Positions 38,293 through 48,687 are shown, numbered from the stretch's first letter. The stretch is DNA of 64,000 bases from an uncultured Candidatus Saccharibacteria bacterium (GCA_964507625.1 CAZDPR010000003.1:15101-79100); one strand, 5' to 3'. Made by a program: numbers and translations. The notes: generated from the sequence alone by a model not told the origin.

Positions 38293-39672
38293 ATGTTTGA
38301 TATTTACTTGACCAACACCCTTTCCAAAAAGAAAGAAGTTTTTTCACCAATCCATACAGGTTCAGTTGGCATGTATCACTGTGGACCAACCGTATATGAT
38401 TCTATTCATATCGGAAACCTCCGCGCATTCCTCCTTGCTGATATTACCCGACGCGTATTTGAATATAATGGATATGCGGTAAATCAAGTGATGAATATCA
38501 CCGATATCGGACACCTGGTTTCTGATGGTGATAGCGGTGATGATAAAATGACCAAAGGATTAAAACGAGAAGGATTGGAAATTAATCTCGAAAATATGCT
38601 CAAATTGGCTCGTAAGTACGAAGAAGTATTTCTTGCTGATATTGCTGATTTGAACATTCTCCGACCCAAAATTATTGCCCGCGCAAGTGAACATGTCGCC
38701 GAGGATATTGCAATGATTGAACAACTCGAAGTAAAAGGATTCACCTACACCACATCTGATGGAATCTATTTTGATACTGAAAAAATGCCGGATTATGGGA
38801 AACTGGGCGGACTCGACCATACCCATGAATCACGAATTGGTGAAATTTCTGAGAAAAAAAACCCACGAGATTTTGCGTTGTGGAAATTTGATACTGAAAA
38901 AGGTTGGCAGTCACCCTGGGGGCAAGGATTTCCTGGTTGGCATATTGAATGTTCTGGGATGAGTACTAAATACCTAGGAGATCAATTTGATATTCACACG
39001 GGAGGTCATGATCTCGCATCAGTACATCATAATAACGAAATCGCACAATCAGAATGTGCGACGGGACATGCCCCGTTTGTACAGTACTGGTTACATAACG
39101 AATTCGTAAATATTGGTGAAGAAAAAATGGCAAAATCAGGAAATAATTTTATCACGCTCGCTACGGTTCGTGATAACCGTATTAACCCTCTCGCGCTCCG
39201 CTATTTATATCTCCAATCACATTACCGATCTCAAATTTCTTTTTCTTGGGATGCACTCAGCGGGTCAGAAACTGCTCTCAAAAAAATACAAAGTATTATT
39301 ACAGAATTACCAGATGGCGGGACTATTAATGAATCATATCAAACACTCTTTAGAGAAACTATTAATGATGACCTGAATACTGCAGGAGGAATTGCGGTTA
39401 TGTGGGAATTGATCAAAAATCCTGATGTAAGTCCTGAGGATAAAAAAGCAACATTACTCGATATGGATCAAGTACTAGGACTACGATTAGCTGATCAACG
39501 ACCGCTCGATATTGATGAAATTCCTGAACTTATTCAAAAACTATTAAAAGAACGAGCAATAGCACGGGAACATAACGACTGGCACAGTGCCGACTTACTC
39601 CGTAATGAAATCAAAGCATTAGGATACGAAATCAAGGATACCGATGACGGACAAAAAATTAGACGCGCATAA
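38293..39672 (+). CDS. cysS: cysteine--tRNA ligase
   Basis: CGPTVY, HIGN, PGWHIEC, KMAKS. Confidence 0.97.
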   Translation: MFDIYLTNTLSKKKEVFSPIHTGSVGMYHCGPTVYDSIHIGNLRAFLLADITRRVFEYNGYAVNQVMNITDIGHLVSDGDSGDDKMTKGLKREGLEINLENMLKLARKYEEVFLADIADLNILRPKIIARASEHVAEDIAMIEQLEVKGFTYTTSDGIYFDTEKMPDYGKLGGLDHTHESRIGEISEKKNPRDFALWKFDTEKGWQSPWGQGFPGWHIECSGMSTKYLGDQFDIHTGGHDLASVHHNNEIAQSECATGHAPFVQYWLHNEFVNIGEEKMAKSGNNFITLATVRDNRINPLALRYLYLQSHYRSQISFSWDALSGSETALKKIQSIITELPDGGTINESYQTLFRETINDDLNTAGGIAVMWELIKNPDVSPEDKKATLLDMDQVLGLRLADQRPLDIDEIPELIQKLLKERAIAREHNDWHSADLLRNEIKALGYEIKDTDDGQKIRRA

Positions 39673-39700
39673 CATAAAAACCGCAGAGAGCGGTTTTTAT

Positions 39701-40633
39701 TTATTTCCAAACATCTAATTCTTTAGCAATTTCCTCGACATGTTTTTTTGCATCTTTGGAGAGTTTTTTAGGTATTTTGATATGGGTAACAATGAGAAAA
39801 TCTCCTGCACGCATAAACCCTTGAGAAACTCCTTTCCCTTTTAATTTAATTACATGACCTACTGGCATGCATTCTGGAATTTCTATGGTTTCTTTACCAT
39901 CTAATGTTTCTATTTCTACCTTTCTCCCCAATAATGCATCACGTAATGACACTGACAAATCCATTACTAAATTATTTCCATCTTTATAAATAGTTCCATG
40001 TTTTTGTACACGAACCAAAATAAATAAATTTCCTGGTCGCCCATCGGTAATCGTTTCTCCTGCTCCGTCCATGCGTAATTGCTGACCATCTTCTACACCT
40101 GCAGGGATCGTGACGGAAACTTTTTTAGTTCCTTTTTGCACTCCGTCCTGATAATTGGGAACTTCGATTTCTTTGATAAACCCGCGTACTGATTCTTTGA
40201 ATGTCATGGTGATTTGTACCTCAATATTGCGCCCTTTACGCACGCGTCGTCCACCAAACCCAAACGCTGCTCCAAATAAATCACCGAGATCAAAATCATT
40301 CATATCAAAATGAACATTCCCTTGCTGGAACCCTCCCTGCTGTGCCTGTCGCATGATATCTTCCCATGAAAACCCACCGAAACCTTGTCCGAATGGATTT
40401 CCTCCCTGTCCGCCACCGAAACCAGCACCCGCAGAGCCGAATTGATCATACTGCGCACGCTTGTTTTTATCTGATAGTGTTTGGTAGGCTTCATTGATTT
40501 CCTTAAACTTTTTATCATCACCGCCGTTTTTATCAGGATGATGTTGATGAGCCAATTTCCGAAAAGCAGTTTTAATATCCGCATCAGATGCGGTTTTTTC
40601 AACTCCTAAAATTTTATAATAATCTTTTGACAT
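39701..40633 (-). CDS. dnaJ: DnaJ co-chaperone lacking the zinc finger (class B)
   Basis: J domain HPD, G/F-rich region, C-terminal domain, no CxxCxGxG repeats. Confidence 0.92.
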   Translation of the reverse strand: MSKDYYKILGVEKTASDADIKTAFRKLAHQHHPDKNGGDDKKFKEINEAYQTLSDKNKRAQYDQFGSAGAGFGGGQGGNPFGQGFGGFSWEDIMRQAQQGGFQQGNVHFDMNDFDLGDLFGAAFGFGGRRVRKGRNIEVQITMTFKESVRGFIKEIEVPNYQDGVQKGTKKVSVTIPAGVEDGQQLRMDGAGETITDGRPGNLFILVRVQKHGTIYKDGNNLVMDLSVSLRDALLGRKVEIETLDGKETIEIPECMPVGHVIKLKGKGVSQGFMRAGDFLIVTHIKIPKKLSKDAKKHVEEIAKELDVWK

Positions 40634-40782
40634 AGAATAGTAGTATATATTATTTTACGAGATTTCTCACCTCTATTTTTATTTCTATTTGATACAAATA
40701 AATAAGAGATTTGAAATATTTGACAAAATAATTATTTAAAGTATTATGTATTTATTCTTTTCAAAACTTAATTACTATTTCA

Positions 40783-40962
40783 ATGAAAAACAAGCTTCTC
40801 TTAATTTCTGGTTTAAACATTATTTCTGTTTTTGTTGTTGGTATTTTATTTTTATCCGACACACCAATAGAAAACATTGTTTTTTGGGTTTTAGTTTTTT
40901 TAATAACCATAAGTGCCATTACAGCAAAATTAACGCTCAGAATATTGAAAGAAAATTTTTGA
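40783..40962 (+). CDS. 59-aa two-TM membrane protein absent from the ORF track
   Basis: MKNKLLLISGLNIISVFVVGILFLSDTPIENIVFWVLVFLITISAITAKLTLRILKENF; TTGACA promoter near 40720. Confidence 0.6.
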   Translation: MKNKLLLISGLNIISVFVVGILFLSDTPIENIVFWVLVFLITISAITAKLTLRILKENF

Positions 40963-40976
40963 GAAAATTTATCTAT

Positions 40977-41031
40977 CAACCCTGTACACTCCCCCGAATT
41001 TATTTCGGAAGAGAAACAGGGTTGTTTTTTA
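40977..41031. terminator. long bidirectional hairpin at the dnaK 3' end
   Basis: CAACCCTGT...CCGAA-TTTAT-TTCGG...ACAGGGTTG followed by a T-run. Confidence 0.6.
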
Positions 41032-42930
41032 TTCCCCAGTTTTTTCTTGATTTTCATCTGACGAAGTTTCTTCAGAACCTTTTTCAGTAGTTGCATCCGT
41101 AGCTGTTTTTTCTTGCTCTCCGCCAGCTGGCGGATTCTGAATCACTTCATAAATCTTCATCATTTCATTCGAAAGATTCATGGTTGCGGTATCAATCGCA
41201 CTTGCATCGTCTTTATCTTTTACCTCTTTTAATTCTTTAATTTTTGTTTCAATAGATTCTTTTGTTTCTGTAGGGATTTTTTCAGCATATTCGCGTAAAG
41301 ATTTTTCTGCTGCAAAAATTGCTGTTTCTGCCTCGTTTCGTTTATCCACTAATTCCTTTTTCTTTTTATCTTCATCTGCATATTTTTCTGCATCTTCTTG
41401 CATTTTCTTGATATCTGCATCTGATAGACCCCCTCCTGATTGAATAGTGATTGACGCTTCTTTATTACTTGCTTTATCAATTGCTTTTACATTCAAAATT
41501 CCATTTGCATCAATATCAAAGGTTACTTCGATTTGTGGAATTCCTCGTGGTGCTGGCGCAATATCACCTAATACGAATCGTCCGAGTGACTTGTTATCAG
41601 TCGCCATTGGTCGTTCCCCTTGGGTAATATGAATTTCTACTGATGTTTGATTATCTGCAGCAGTAGAAAAGATTTGAGATTTTGATGTTGGAATGGTGGT
41701 ATTGCGTTCAATTAATTTTGTTGCAACCCCTCCCATGGTTTCAATCCCCAGTGACAATGGAATTACATCAAGGAGCAATACATCTTTTACATCTCCCTGT
41801 AATACCCCAGCTTGTACCGCAGCACCTAATGCCACTACTTCATCTGGATTGATTGATCGATTTGGTTCTTTACCAAACAATTTTTTAACTTCTTCTACAA
41901 TTTTTGGCATTCGAGTTTGCCCTCCTACCATAATGATTTCATCAATTTCATTCATTTTAAACGGTGAAGCTTCAATAGCTCGTTTGGTAATAGCGATAGA
42001 TTTATCAATGTATGGTGCAGCGAGTTCTTCCAATTTTGCACGCGTCATTTTCATCATCAAGTGTTGTGGTACTCCATCATTTTGTGCAATGAACGGAATA
42101 TTGATTTCTGTTTCATTGGTTGTAGAAAGTTCGTGTTTTGCTTTTTCTGCAGCTTCTTTTAATCGCTGTAATGCAAGCACATCTTTGGTAACATCAATTC
42201 CTGAATCTTTTTTAAATTCGTCCCCAATCCATTTTACAATTTCACGGTCAATGTCTTCACCTCCCATGTGGGCATCTCCATCGGTTGATTTCACTTCTAC
42301 CAAATCTGCCCCAACCTCGAGAACAGAAATATCAAATGTTCCACCTCCAAAATCGTACACGGCAATTTTTTGATCTTTTTTAGAATTGAATCCGTACGCC
42401 AACGCCGCCGCAGTTGGTTCATTAATTATTCGCTTTACATCCAGTCCCGCAATTTTACCCGCATTTACCGTTGCTTGTCGTTGACTATCGTCAAAATATG
42501 CTGGCACCGTGATCACCGCCTCGGTAATTTTTTCACCGATTTTTGCTTCTACATCGGCTTTGATTTTTGCAAGTGTCATCGCAGAAATTTCTTCTGGTCG
42601 ATAATCTTTATCTCCCAATTTGATCGCAACACCATCATCTGACCCTTTGGTGATTTTGAATGGTGAATGATCAATATCTTTTTTTACTACTTCGTCACTG
42701 AATTTGTGACCCATGTAGCGTTTAATTCCAAAAATGGTGTTTTCTGGATTAGTGACCGCTTGGCGTTTTGCCAATTGCCCTACCAATCGTTCACCATTTT
42801 TTGCGAGCGCCACGATTGACGGAGTTGTTCGTGCACCTTCTGTGTTTTCAATAATTTTTGGTTGACCACCCTCGATAATTGCTACCGCACTGTTGGTGGT
42901 TCCAAGATCAATTCCAATGATTTTTGACAT
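41029..42930 (-). CDS. dnaK: molecular chaperone DnaK
   Basis: [24 protein letters not shown]. Confidence 0.99.
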   Translation of the reverse strand: MSKIIGIDLGTTNSAVAIIEGGQPKIIENTEGARTTPSIVALAKNGERLVGQLAKRQAVTNPENTIFGIKRYMGHKFSDEVVKKDIDHSPFKITKGSDDGVAIKLGDKDYRPEEISAMTLAKIKADVEAKIGEKITEAVITVPAYFDDSQRQATVNAGKIAGLDVKRIINEPTAAALAYGFNSKKDQKIAVYDFGGGTFDISVLEVGADLVEVKSTDGDAHMGGEDIDREIVKWIGDEFKKDSGIDVTKDVLALQRLKEAAEKAKHELSTTNETEINIPFIAQNDGVPQHLMMKMTRAKLEELAAPYIDKSIAITKRAIEASPFKMNEIDEIIMVGGQTRMPKIVEEVKKLFGKEPNRSINPDEVVALGAAVQAGVLQGDVKDVLLLDVIPLSLGIETMGGVATKLIERNTTIPTSKSQIFSTAADNQTSVEIHITQGERPMATDNKSLGRFVLGDIAPAPRGIPQIEVTFDIDANGILNVKAIDKASNKEASITIQSGGGLSDADIKKMQEDAEKYADEDKKKKELVDKRNEAETAIFAAEKSLREYAEKIPTETKESIETKIKELKEVKDKDDASAIDTATMNLSNEMMKIYEVIQNPPAGGEQEKTATDATTEKGSEETSSDENQEKTGE

Positions 42931-43028
42931 ATTTTTGTAAAAATTATTCTTAATTTTTAATAATCTCTTCGTTCTGAATAACAACCATTCCGAAGTTAGC
43001 TTAAGTATAAACAAAAAAATATTTTTTG

Positions 43029-43058
43029 ACAAGTTTTTTGCGTTCGCAAAAAACTTGT
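43029..43058. repeat. perfect 14-bp inverted repeat between the divergent dnaK and PaaX-like genes
   Basis: ACAAGTTTTTTGCG-TT-CGCAAAAAACTTGT. Confidence 0.75.
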
Positions 43059-43103
43059 TTAAATAAAAATATAGTGTTATTATTTATAAGAACCAAGAAT
43101 ACT

Positions 43104-43649
43104 ATGAAAAGTAACGATTATTCCAAAAAAATACTGAAAATCCTTTCTGAAAATCGAGCCTTGTCCTTTTCTGATATTACTTCGGAACTGGTAAAAGACA
43201 TTGCTGGAAACGCAAAAAACGACCCAAAAAAGGCCGTATATGCAGTAAATCGATCACTGAAAGGGCTCATCGAATCTGGTGTCATAGAGCGCCATTTTTC
43301 TGGTCAAAACAATTATGCCCGATTAACGGAATCAGGGCGTAAAAAAGCAACTACGCTTAAATTAGAAAGCGAAACCTCACTCCTCCCTAACTGGGATGGT
43401 CAGTGGCGAATAATACTCCTCGACCTCCCCGAATCCCGCAAATCAGAACGCGAGGCGCTCCGGTATTTATTAAAAAAAGCAGGATTCACCTGCCTTAAAA
43501 ACTCAGCTTGGATTTCCCCCTATCCATTTGAACATCTATTCATGAATATTAAAAAAGATCTGGGACTCACAACCGAAATGATGATCATTACCACCAATAA
43601 TCTGGACTTAGAAACAGAAATAGAATTGGTAAAAATATTACAAAAATAA
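43104..43649 (+). CDS. PaaX-like transcriptional regulator (wHTH plus Cas2-like fold)
   Basis: WDGQWRIILLDLPE..R..LR..LKKAGF..L.NSAWISPY. Confidence 0.85.
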   Translation: MKSNDYSKKILKILSENRALSFSDITSELVKDIAGNAKNDPKKAVYAVNRSLKGLIESGVIERHFSGQNNYARLTESGRKKATTLKLESETSLLPNWDGQWRIILLDLPESRKSEREALRYLLKKAGFTCLKNSAWISPYPFEHLFMNIKKDLGLTTEMMIITTNNLDLETEIELVKILQK

Positions 43650-43692
43650 CACACCTCCGTTAAGAGGTGTGCGCAAATTTAACCTAATATGT

Positions 43693-44559
43693 TTATTCAG
43701 TTTTACCGACAATTATCTGCGTAGCACCGGCTCTAGCAAGAGTAATTTGACGACCAAAGTCTTGCATACCTTTTGATTGGTAAATCCTGTCGGCATTTGC
43801 TGCATCGATTGCCTGCTGCGTTAAAGGTTGAAAATCTGGAACCATTTCAAAAGTTGAGATTTGAACACCTCTTGCTTTAAGGTCCTGATTGATAAGTTCC
43901 ATATAAGTTAACTCCAATGCATTGATATCATGAGCTACCACATCTTCTTTTGGAAACTCATCAGTAGTTACTCTTTTAATACGGGTTTCAATTACTCTGT
44001 TTTCGGCTCCTTCAAAGCGCTGGTTATCATCCTGAGCATCATCTGTTTCGGCATTGGTTTTTCCCAGCTTTTTTGCGTGCTTCATAAATAGTAACGGATC
44101 TGCGATCAGGTAACTATAGGTCAATCTTATTTTTACCTTTACCTGGTCTTTAAAGAGAACATAATATTCCATGTCACCTTGCATTTCATAGCCTGGCATA
44201 GTTTCTTTAATGAAACACATATTTCCTGTTCCTGCTGGAACCCGAGAACCTACCGGAACCTGTTTCCAGTTTACTCCACAATCTTCACTATAAAGTACAA
44301 TTTGATTTGTTTTAGAGTAAGTGCAACTACTAAGAAAACCACCGGCAAGAATGAGTAAAAAAATTGAAGACAATTGAGAAATACCCTTTGCCGCATAAAA
44401 AACCACACGAATCCCAATAATTAGCAATAAGAACAGAAAAGCTGTTTGGTACCAAGGGGCCGTAACCCAATAGTTTCCAGAAACAACAACATTGTACCAA
44501 ATTGTTCCACCCCATAAAGCAAAGATGGCGAGCAGGCTGTACAAAAATACTTTTTTCAT
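43693..44559 (-). CDS. SPFH/band-7-like membrane protein
   Basis: 2-3 TM segments, internal LSSC lipobox-like motif, YSYLIADPLLF and ARGVQISTF typical of SPFH. Confidence 0.6.
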   Translation of the reverse strand: MKKVFLYSLLAIFALWGGTIWYNVVVSGNYWVTAPWYQTAFLFLLLIIGIRVVFYAAKGISQLSSIFLLILAGGFLSSCTYSKTNQIVLYSEDCGVNWKQVPVGSRVPAGTGNMCFIKETMPGYEMQGDMEYYVLFKDQVKVKIRLTYSYLIADPLLFMKHAKKLGKTNAETDDAQDDNQRFEGAENRVIETRIKRVTTDEFPKEDVVAHDINALELTYMELINQDLKARGVQISTFEMVPDFQPLTQQAIDAANADRIYQSKGMQDFGRQITLARAGATQIIVGKTE

Positions 44560-44670
44560 TTTTTGAAAGGTATCGAATTTATTTATACCGGATCGAGACC
44601 GGATTTGTTCTAAAGAAGTTTATCATACATATTAATTTTTGTCAAACTAAAAAAACGCATAACGCGTTTT

Positions 44671-45273
44671 TTAGTTTGCTTTATATACTACCACCCGCGC
44701 TGGACGGATCACCTTATCCCCCATCATGTATCCCTTTTGAATAATGGTAGCCACTGTATCATCTTGGGATTGGTCGTTAGTATCCTCTGTTTTCATTGGT
44801 TCATGTTTATTCGGATCAAATGCAATACCTACTGCAGAAATTTCTGTCACTCCATAATCATCTAATACTGTTTTCATCTGGTTATAGATATATTCTACCC
44901 CCACGCGCCAATTCGCATCTACAGCGTTCCACGCATCGGTATTCCCCATAGCCATATCAAAACTATCGAGTACTGGCAAAAAACTCATAATCATTCGTTC
45001 CGTAGTTTTTTGTTTTACTACATCGGCGATTTCATCTTTTTCCTTTTTCAAGTTTACATAATCGGCACGAGATCGTTGAAGTGCAGTAAGGTGTTCCCGA
45101 GATTCAGATTGTGATTGTTTTAATTTTTCTCGTAAATCTTTCAGCTTTGCTTTGTCTTTTTTTTCATCTCCCACCCAATCGAGTTCTTCGAATTCCAAAT
45201 CCTCAACTGATTCTTCGATTGATTCATCGTCAATAATTTCATCTAATTGTTCAAATTCTTTTTCATCAGACAT
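44671..45273 (-). CDS. grpE: nucleotide exchange factor GrpE
   Basis: RADYVN, LPVLD, FDPNKHE, QKGY..VIRPARV. Confidence 0.97.
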   Translation of the reverse strand: MSDEKEFEQLDEIIDDESIEESVEDLEFEELDWVGDEKKDKAKLKDLREKLKQSQSESREHLTALQRSRADYVNLKKEKDEIADVVKQKTTERMIMSFLPVLDSFDMAMGNTDAWNAVDANWRVGVEYIYNQMKTVLDDYGVTEISAVGIAFDPNKHEPMKTEDTNDQSQDDTVATIIQKGYMMGDKVIRPARVVVYKAN

Positions 45274-45381
45274 AATCGTTTCAATAAATTAACAGTAATA
45301 TTCGTTCAGAATGAACATTCTGATTATACATAATTTTAGAAATAAAAAAAGCCATAAATAAAAAACACCCTTTGGTGTTTT

Positions 45382-45795
45382 TTATCGTTTTGACCATTGT
45401 GATGATTTTCGAGCTTTTTTAAGTCCGAATTTACGACGTTCTTTTGATCGAGCATCTCGTTTCAAAAATCCAGCTTTTTTCAAATCATCTTTTGATTGTT
45501 CATCTAATTTTACCAATGCTCGAGCAATTCCATGTCGGACTGCTTCTGCTTGGGAATGAATACCTCCTCCAGAAACTTTTACCGTTACGGTGTATTCAGC
45601 AACATTTTCAGTTTCATGAATTGCACCCATAGCAGTTTTGAAAAGTTCTGTTGTTGGGAAATACTCTTTGATTGATCGGTCATTTACCGTTACTACTGTT
45701 TTATCTGCCGGTGTCAATCGTACACGCGCTGTTGAAGTCTTTCGACGCCCAATGGCAGTAGTGTATTGTGTTGTTGTTGATGGTGACATAGGCAT
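45382..45795 (-). CDS. rpsI: 30S ribosomal protein S9
   Basis: GRRKTS.ARV, GGG..SQA, QWSKR. Confidence 0.98.
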   Translation of the reverse strand: MPMSPSTTTQYTTAIGRRKTSTARVRLTPADKTVVTVNDRSIKEYFPTTELFKTAMGAIHETENVAEYTVTVKVSGGGIHSQAEAVRHGIARALVKLDEQSKDDLKKAGFLKRDARSKERRKFGLKKARKSSQWSKR

Positions 45796-46133
45796 TATTC
45801 AGTAACTTTTAGGTTTTTTAAGATTTCTTCTCGTAATTTGTTACGAGGAAGCATTCCTCGAACTGTTCGCAAGAGAACTTCAGAAATTCCTCGACGCTTG
45901 AGCAAGTTTCCTCGAGTTTCAATCTTGAGTCCTCCTGGATATCCAGAATACGTTTTATACGTATCATCCATTTTATCAGTAAGATCAAGTTTCCCTGCGT
46001 TAATTACTTCTACACTGTTTCCAGACAGTTTATGAGGAGCAAAATCTGGAGAATTTTTCCCACGTAAAATCATTGCAATTTCTGTTGCAAGACGTCCCAA
46101 TTTTTTATTTGTTGCATCAATAGTATGTTTCAT
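45795..46133 (-). CDS. rplM: 50S ribosomal protein L13 (short, 112 aa)
   Basis: IDA..LGRLA..LRGK, SGYPGG, GMLP. Confidence 0.96.
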   Translation of the reverse strand: MKHTIDATNKKLGRLATEIAMILRGKNSPDFAPHKLSGNSVEVINAGKLDLTDKMDDTYKTYSGYPGGLKIETRGNLLKRRGISEVLLRTVRGMLPRNKLREEILKNLKVTE

Positions 46134-46148
46134 ACAGGTTTTTATAAA

Positions 46149-46505
46149 TTAAACAAATTCAATAAGGGCCATAGGAGCTCCATCACTTGCTCGTGCTGGT
46201 GCTTTCAGGATACGGGTGTATCCTCCGTTTCGATCCGTAAATTTAGGAGCGATATCGCGAACAATTTTTTGTGCAACATCGATTTGTCCTCCCATATCAG
46301 CAGTGAGTGTTCGCAGTGCGATTATTTCATTAACTGATTTTGCACGAGTAATCATTTTTTCTACAAATGGTCGAAGCTCTTTTGCTCGTGCTTCTGTTGT
46401 CATTATGCGACCTTCGATCACGAGTGCTCGTGCGAGTGAGCGCATAAATGCAAGACGAATGTTTTTCTTTCGTCCAAATTTTCGGTTGTGATTATGGTGT
46501 CGCAT
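46149..46505 (-). CDS. rplQ: 50S ribosomal protein L17
   Basis: MRH, RNGGYTRI. Confidence 0.98.
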   Translation of the reverse strand: MRHHNHNRKFGRKKNIRLAFMRSLARALVIEGRIMTTEARAKELRPFVEKMITRAKSVNEIIALRTLTADMGGQIDVAQKIVRDIAPKFTDRNGGYTRILKAPARASDGAPMALIEFV

Positions 46506-46541
46506 AAAGGAAATATCAAATTCTAATAGTAATACTGATTA

Positions 46542-47528
46542 TTATTTTTTTAGTTCAAGTCCAAAATCAGCAAGGACTTCTTTGAGTTCAGAAAGAGCTT
46601 TTTCTCCGAAACCATCGAGATTTAAGAGATCTTTTTCTGTTTTTTGAATTAATCCACCTACAGTTCGAATTCCTGCTTCTGAAAGTGCATTAAGAGTTCG
46701 AGTAGAAAGTTGAATAGAATCAATTCTGGTTTTCAATACATCAGTGAGATCTACTGATTCATCATCTTCTGTATAATCTGATTCTGCTTTTGTGACAGAT
46801 TCAGAAACGGTAACTGATGGATCAGGGATTACAAATTCTTTGAGATCTAAAATTGATTTAAACTGTTCGAGCATAATACGAATTGCATCAGAGAGAATTT
46901 TACTTGGACTCTGAGAACCATCAGTATCTAATATTACTCGCAATCGATTATAATCTGTTCGATCTCCTACACGCATGTTTTCTACTTCATAGTGAGCACG
47001 AACGATTGGAGTAAATACTGCATCGGTAACGATTTCACCAACTTCTGTTTTTTCTTTCACTAAATTTTCTCGAGGTATTAACCCTAAACCTTTTGCTAAA
47101 GTAATACTGATTTCCAGTTTTCCTGATTTATCAGTAATTTCAGCAATTGATTGATCTGGGGTTAGAACTTCTGCAAGCCCGTTCGTATCAAATGATCCAG
47201 CAGTAACTACTCCTGGTTTTGATACTGATAAATGAATGGTTTGCGGTTCGTCACCTAATAAATGGAAACGAGCTCGTTTTAAATTAAGAATGATATTGAG
47301 TGCATCTTCTCGAATTCCTGGAATTGTTGCAAATTCATGCGCAGCTCCGTTAATTTTGAAAGAAATAATACCAGTTCCTGGAATAGATGAAAGGATAATT
47401 CTTCTTAAAGAATTTCCAAGTGTATGACCATAACCAGGAGCAAGTCCTTCGATTTCATACACTCCAGAAGTTTTATCTTCTGAGATAATTTTAAATTTTG
47501 AAGGGAGAACAATTGAAGTAGAATACAT
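46542..47528 (-). CDS. rpoA: RNA polymerase alpha subunit
   Basis: GYGHTLGNSLRR, HEF, alpha-CTD. Confidence 0.98.
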   Translation of the reverse strand: MYSTSIVLPSKFKIISEDKTSGVYEIEGLAPGYGHTLGNSLRRIILSSIPGTGIISFKINGAAHEFATIPGIREDALNIILNLKRARFHLLGDEPQTIHLSVSKPGVVTAGSFDTNGLAEVLTPDQSIAEITDKSGKLEISITLAKGLGLIPRENLVKEKTEVGEIVTDAVFTPIVRAHYEVENMRVGDRTDYNRLRVILDTDGSQSPSKILSDAIRIMLEQFKSILDLKEFVIPDPSVTVSESVTKAESDYTEDDESVDLTDVLKTRIDSIQLSTRTLNALSEAGIRTVGGLIQKTEKDLLNLDGFGEKALSELKEVLADFGLELKK

Positions 47529-47628
47529 AATGCGTAATGTGTGTTTCGTACGAAACTTATTTTAGCATGCTAATGAAAACTTAATGAAACAAGGTTCTAG
47601 AATTTGTTTGATTAAGTGCGTCAATTGA

Positions 47629-48228
47629 TTATCGACTATAAAACTCGATAACTGACTGACAGTTAAGAAACGGATCTGTTTCTTTTGGTAGTTCGATAAC
47701 CGTCGCTGATGAAAAATCCGGAGACCATTTCAACCAATCAACAGTTTTAAAACTTTTTAGTTTTGTTGCAATATCTGCAAACAAAACTCGATTCTTACTT
47801 CCTTCACGAATGGCGATAGAATCACCTTTTTCTACACGGTATGAAGGGACCGTGAGTCGTTTTCCATTAACCGTAATATGTCCATGAGAAACGATCTGTC
47901 GAGCGAGTGCTCGTGATGATGCAAGTCCAAGTCGATAAATAACGTTATCGAGTCGTTGTTCAAGGAGTTGTGCGAGTAAATCAGCAGGTTTCATATGTTT
48001 TCCTGAACTATGCATTGCAAGATTGATATAATTACTGAATTGTTTTTCTCGAACTCCGTAAGTGAATCGAATTTTTTGTTTTTCGATGAACTGTACACCG
48101 TAATCTGAACGTCGAGTCATTTTTTTAGCAGGAGCTTTTTGCCGAGCTAAAAACTTTTGTGTTTGACATTTTTCAAACATTCCAGCACCTAAACGACGAC
48201 AGATTTTATATTTTTTAGTAGTAGGCAT
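47629..48228 (-). CDS. rpsD: 30S ribosomal protein S4
   Basis: EKQKIR, LEQRLDN, ARQIVSHGH. Confidence 0.98.
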   Translation of the reverse strand: MPTTKKYKICRRLGAGMFEKCQTQKFLARQKAPAKKMTRRSDYGVQFIEKQKIRFTYGVREKQFSNYINLAMHSSGKHMKPADLLAQLLEQRLDNVIYRLGLASSRALARQIVSHGHITVNGKRLTVPSYRVEKGDSIAIREGSKNRVLFADIATKLKSFKTVDWLKWSPDFSSATVIELPKETDPFLNCQSVIEFYSR

Positions 48229-48252
48229 AATATACAAATAAATTAAAAAATA

Positions 48253-48687
48253 TTAAACGCGCCGTGCTTTTTTAGGACGGGGACCATTAAATGGAACAGG
48301 AGTTTTATCCTTAATAGAAAGAATGTCAATTCCTCGTGCAATGAATGATCGGATTGCTGATTCACGACCTGAACCAACCCCTTTTACAACAATATCAACT
48401 TCTTTGAGTCCGATCATTTGTGCTTTTTCTGCAAGGATTTCACCAATTTTTGCAGCTGCAAATGGTGTACCCTTTTTAGCACCTTTAAACCCGAGCGCTC
48501 CAGACGAAGAAGACATAATCACATTACCTTCTTTATCAGTAAGTACTACTTTTGTGTTATTGTAGGTAGCCTGTACATGGAGTACTCCGTGTACAAGTTT
48601 TTTTCGAGGAACACGAGCCAATGCTCGATCTTTCAAGCTCTTGTTAACTCGTTGTCCTTCTTGTTTTACGATACGTTTTTTACCCAT
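48253..48687 (-). CDS. rpsK: 30S ribosomal protein S11
   Basis: TYNNT, TPFAA, GRESA. Confidence 0.98.
   Translation of the reverse strand: MGKKRIVKQEGQRVNKSLKDRALARVPRKKLVHGVLHVQATYNNTKVVLTDKEGNVIMSSSSGALGFKGAKKGTPFAAAKIGEILAEKAQMIGLKEVDIVVKGVGSGRESAIRSFIARGIDILSIKDKTPVPFNGPRPKKARRV

Noticed and set aside
40746-41096. ORF-track calls 40746-41090 (+) and 40761-41096 (-)
   Set aside because: Both overlap dnaK and its terminator; the 59-aa frame at 40783-40962 fits the promoter and gives sensible TM segments
41180-42642. Long + strand ORFs (up to 226 aa) antisense to dnaK
   Set aside because: Known antisense shadow of hsp70 codon bias; no promoter or domain support
43104-43649. CRISPR Cas2 gene
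   Set aside because: The Cas2-like fold is part of a PaaX-like regulator; no cas1 and no repeat-spacer array in the window
2360-45385. Recurrent AAAACAC(A)CC-type hairpins as integron attC sites or REP elements
   Set aside because: Stems differ in sequence, lack RYYYAAC/GTTRRRY ends and sit at gene 3' ends like ordinary bidirectional terminators
47562-47573. CIRCE element
   Set aside because: TTAGCATGCTAA lacks the CTC-N9-GAG core and lies upstream of rpoA
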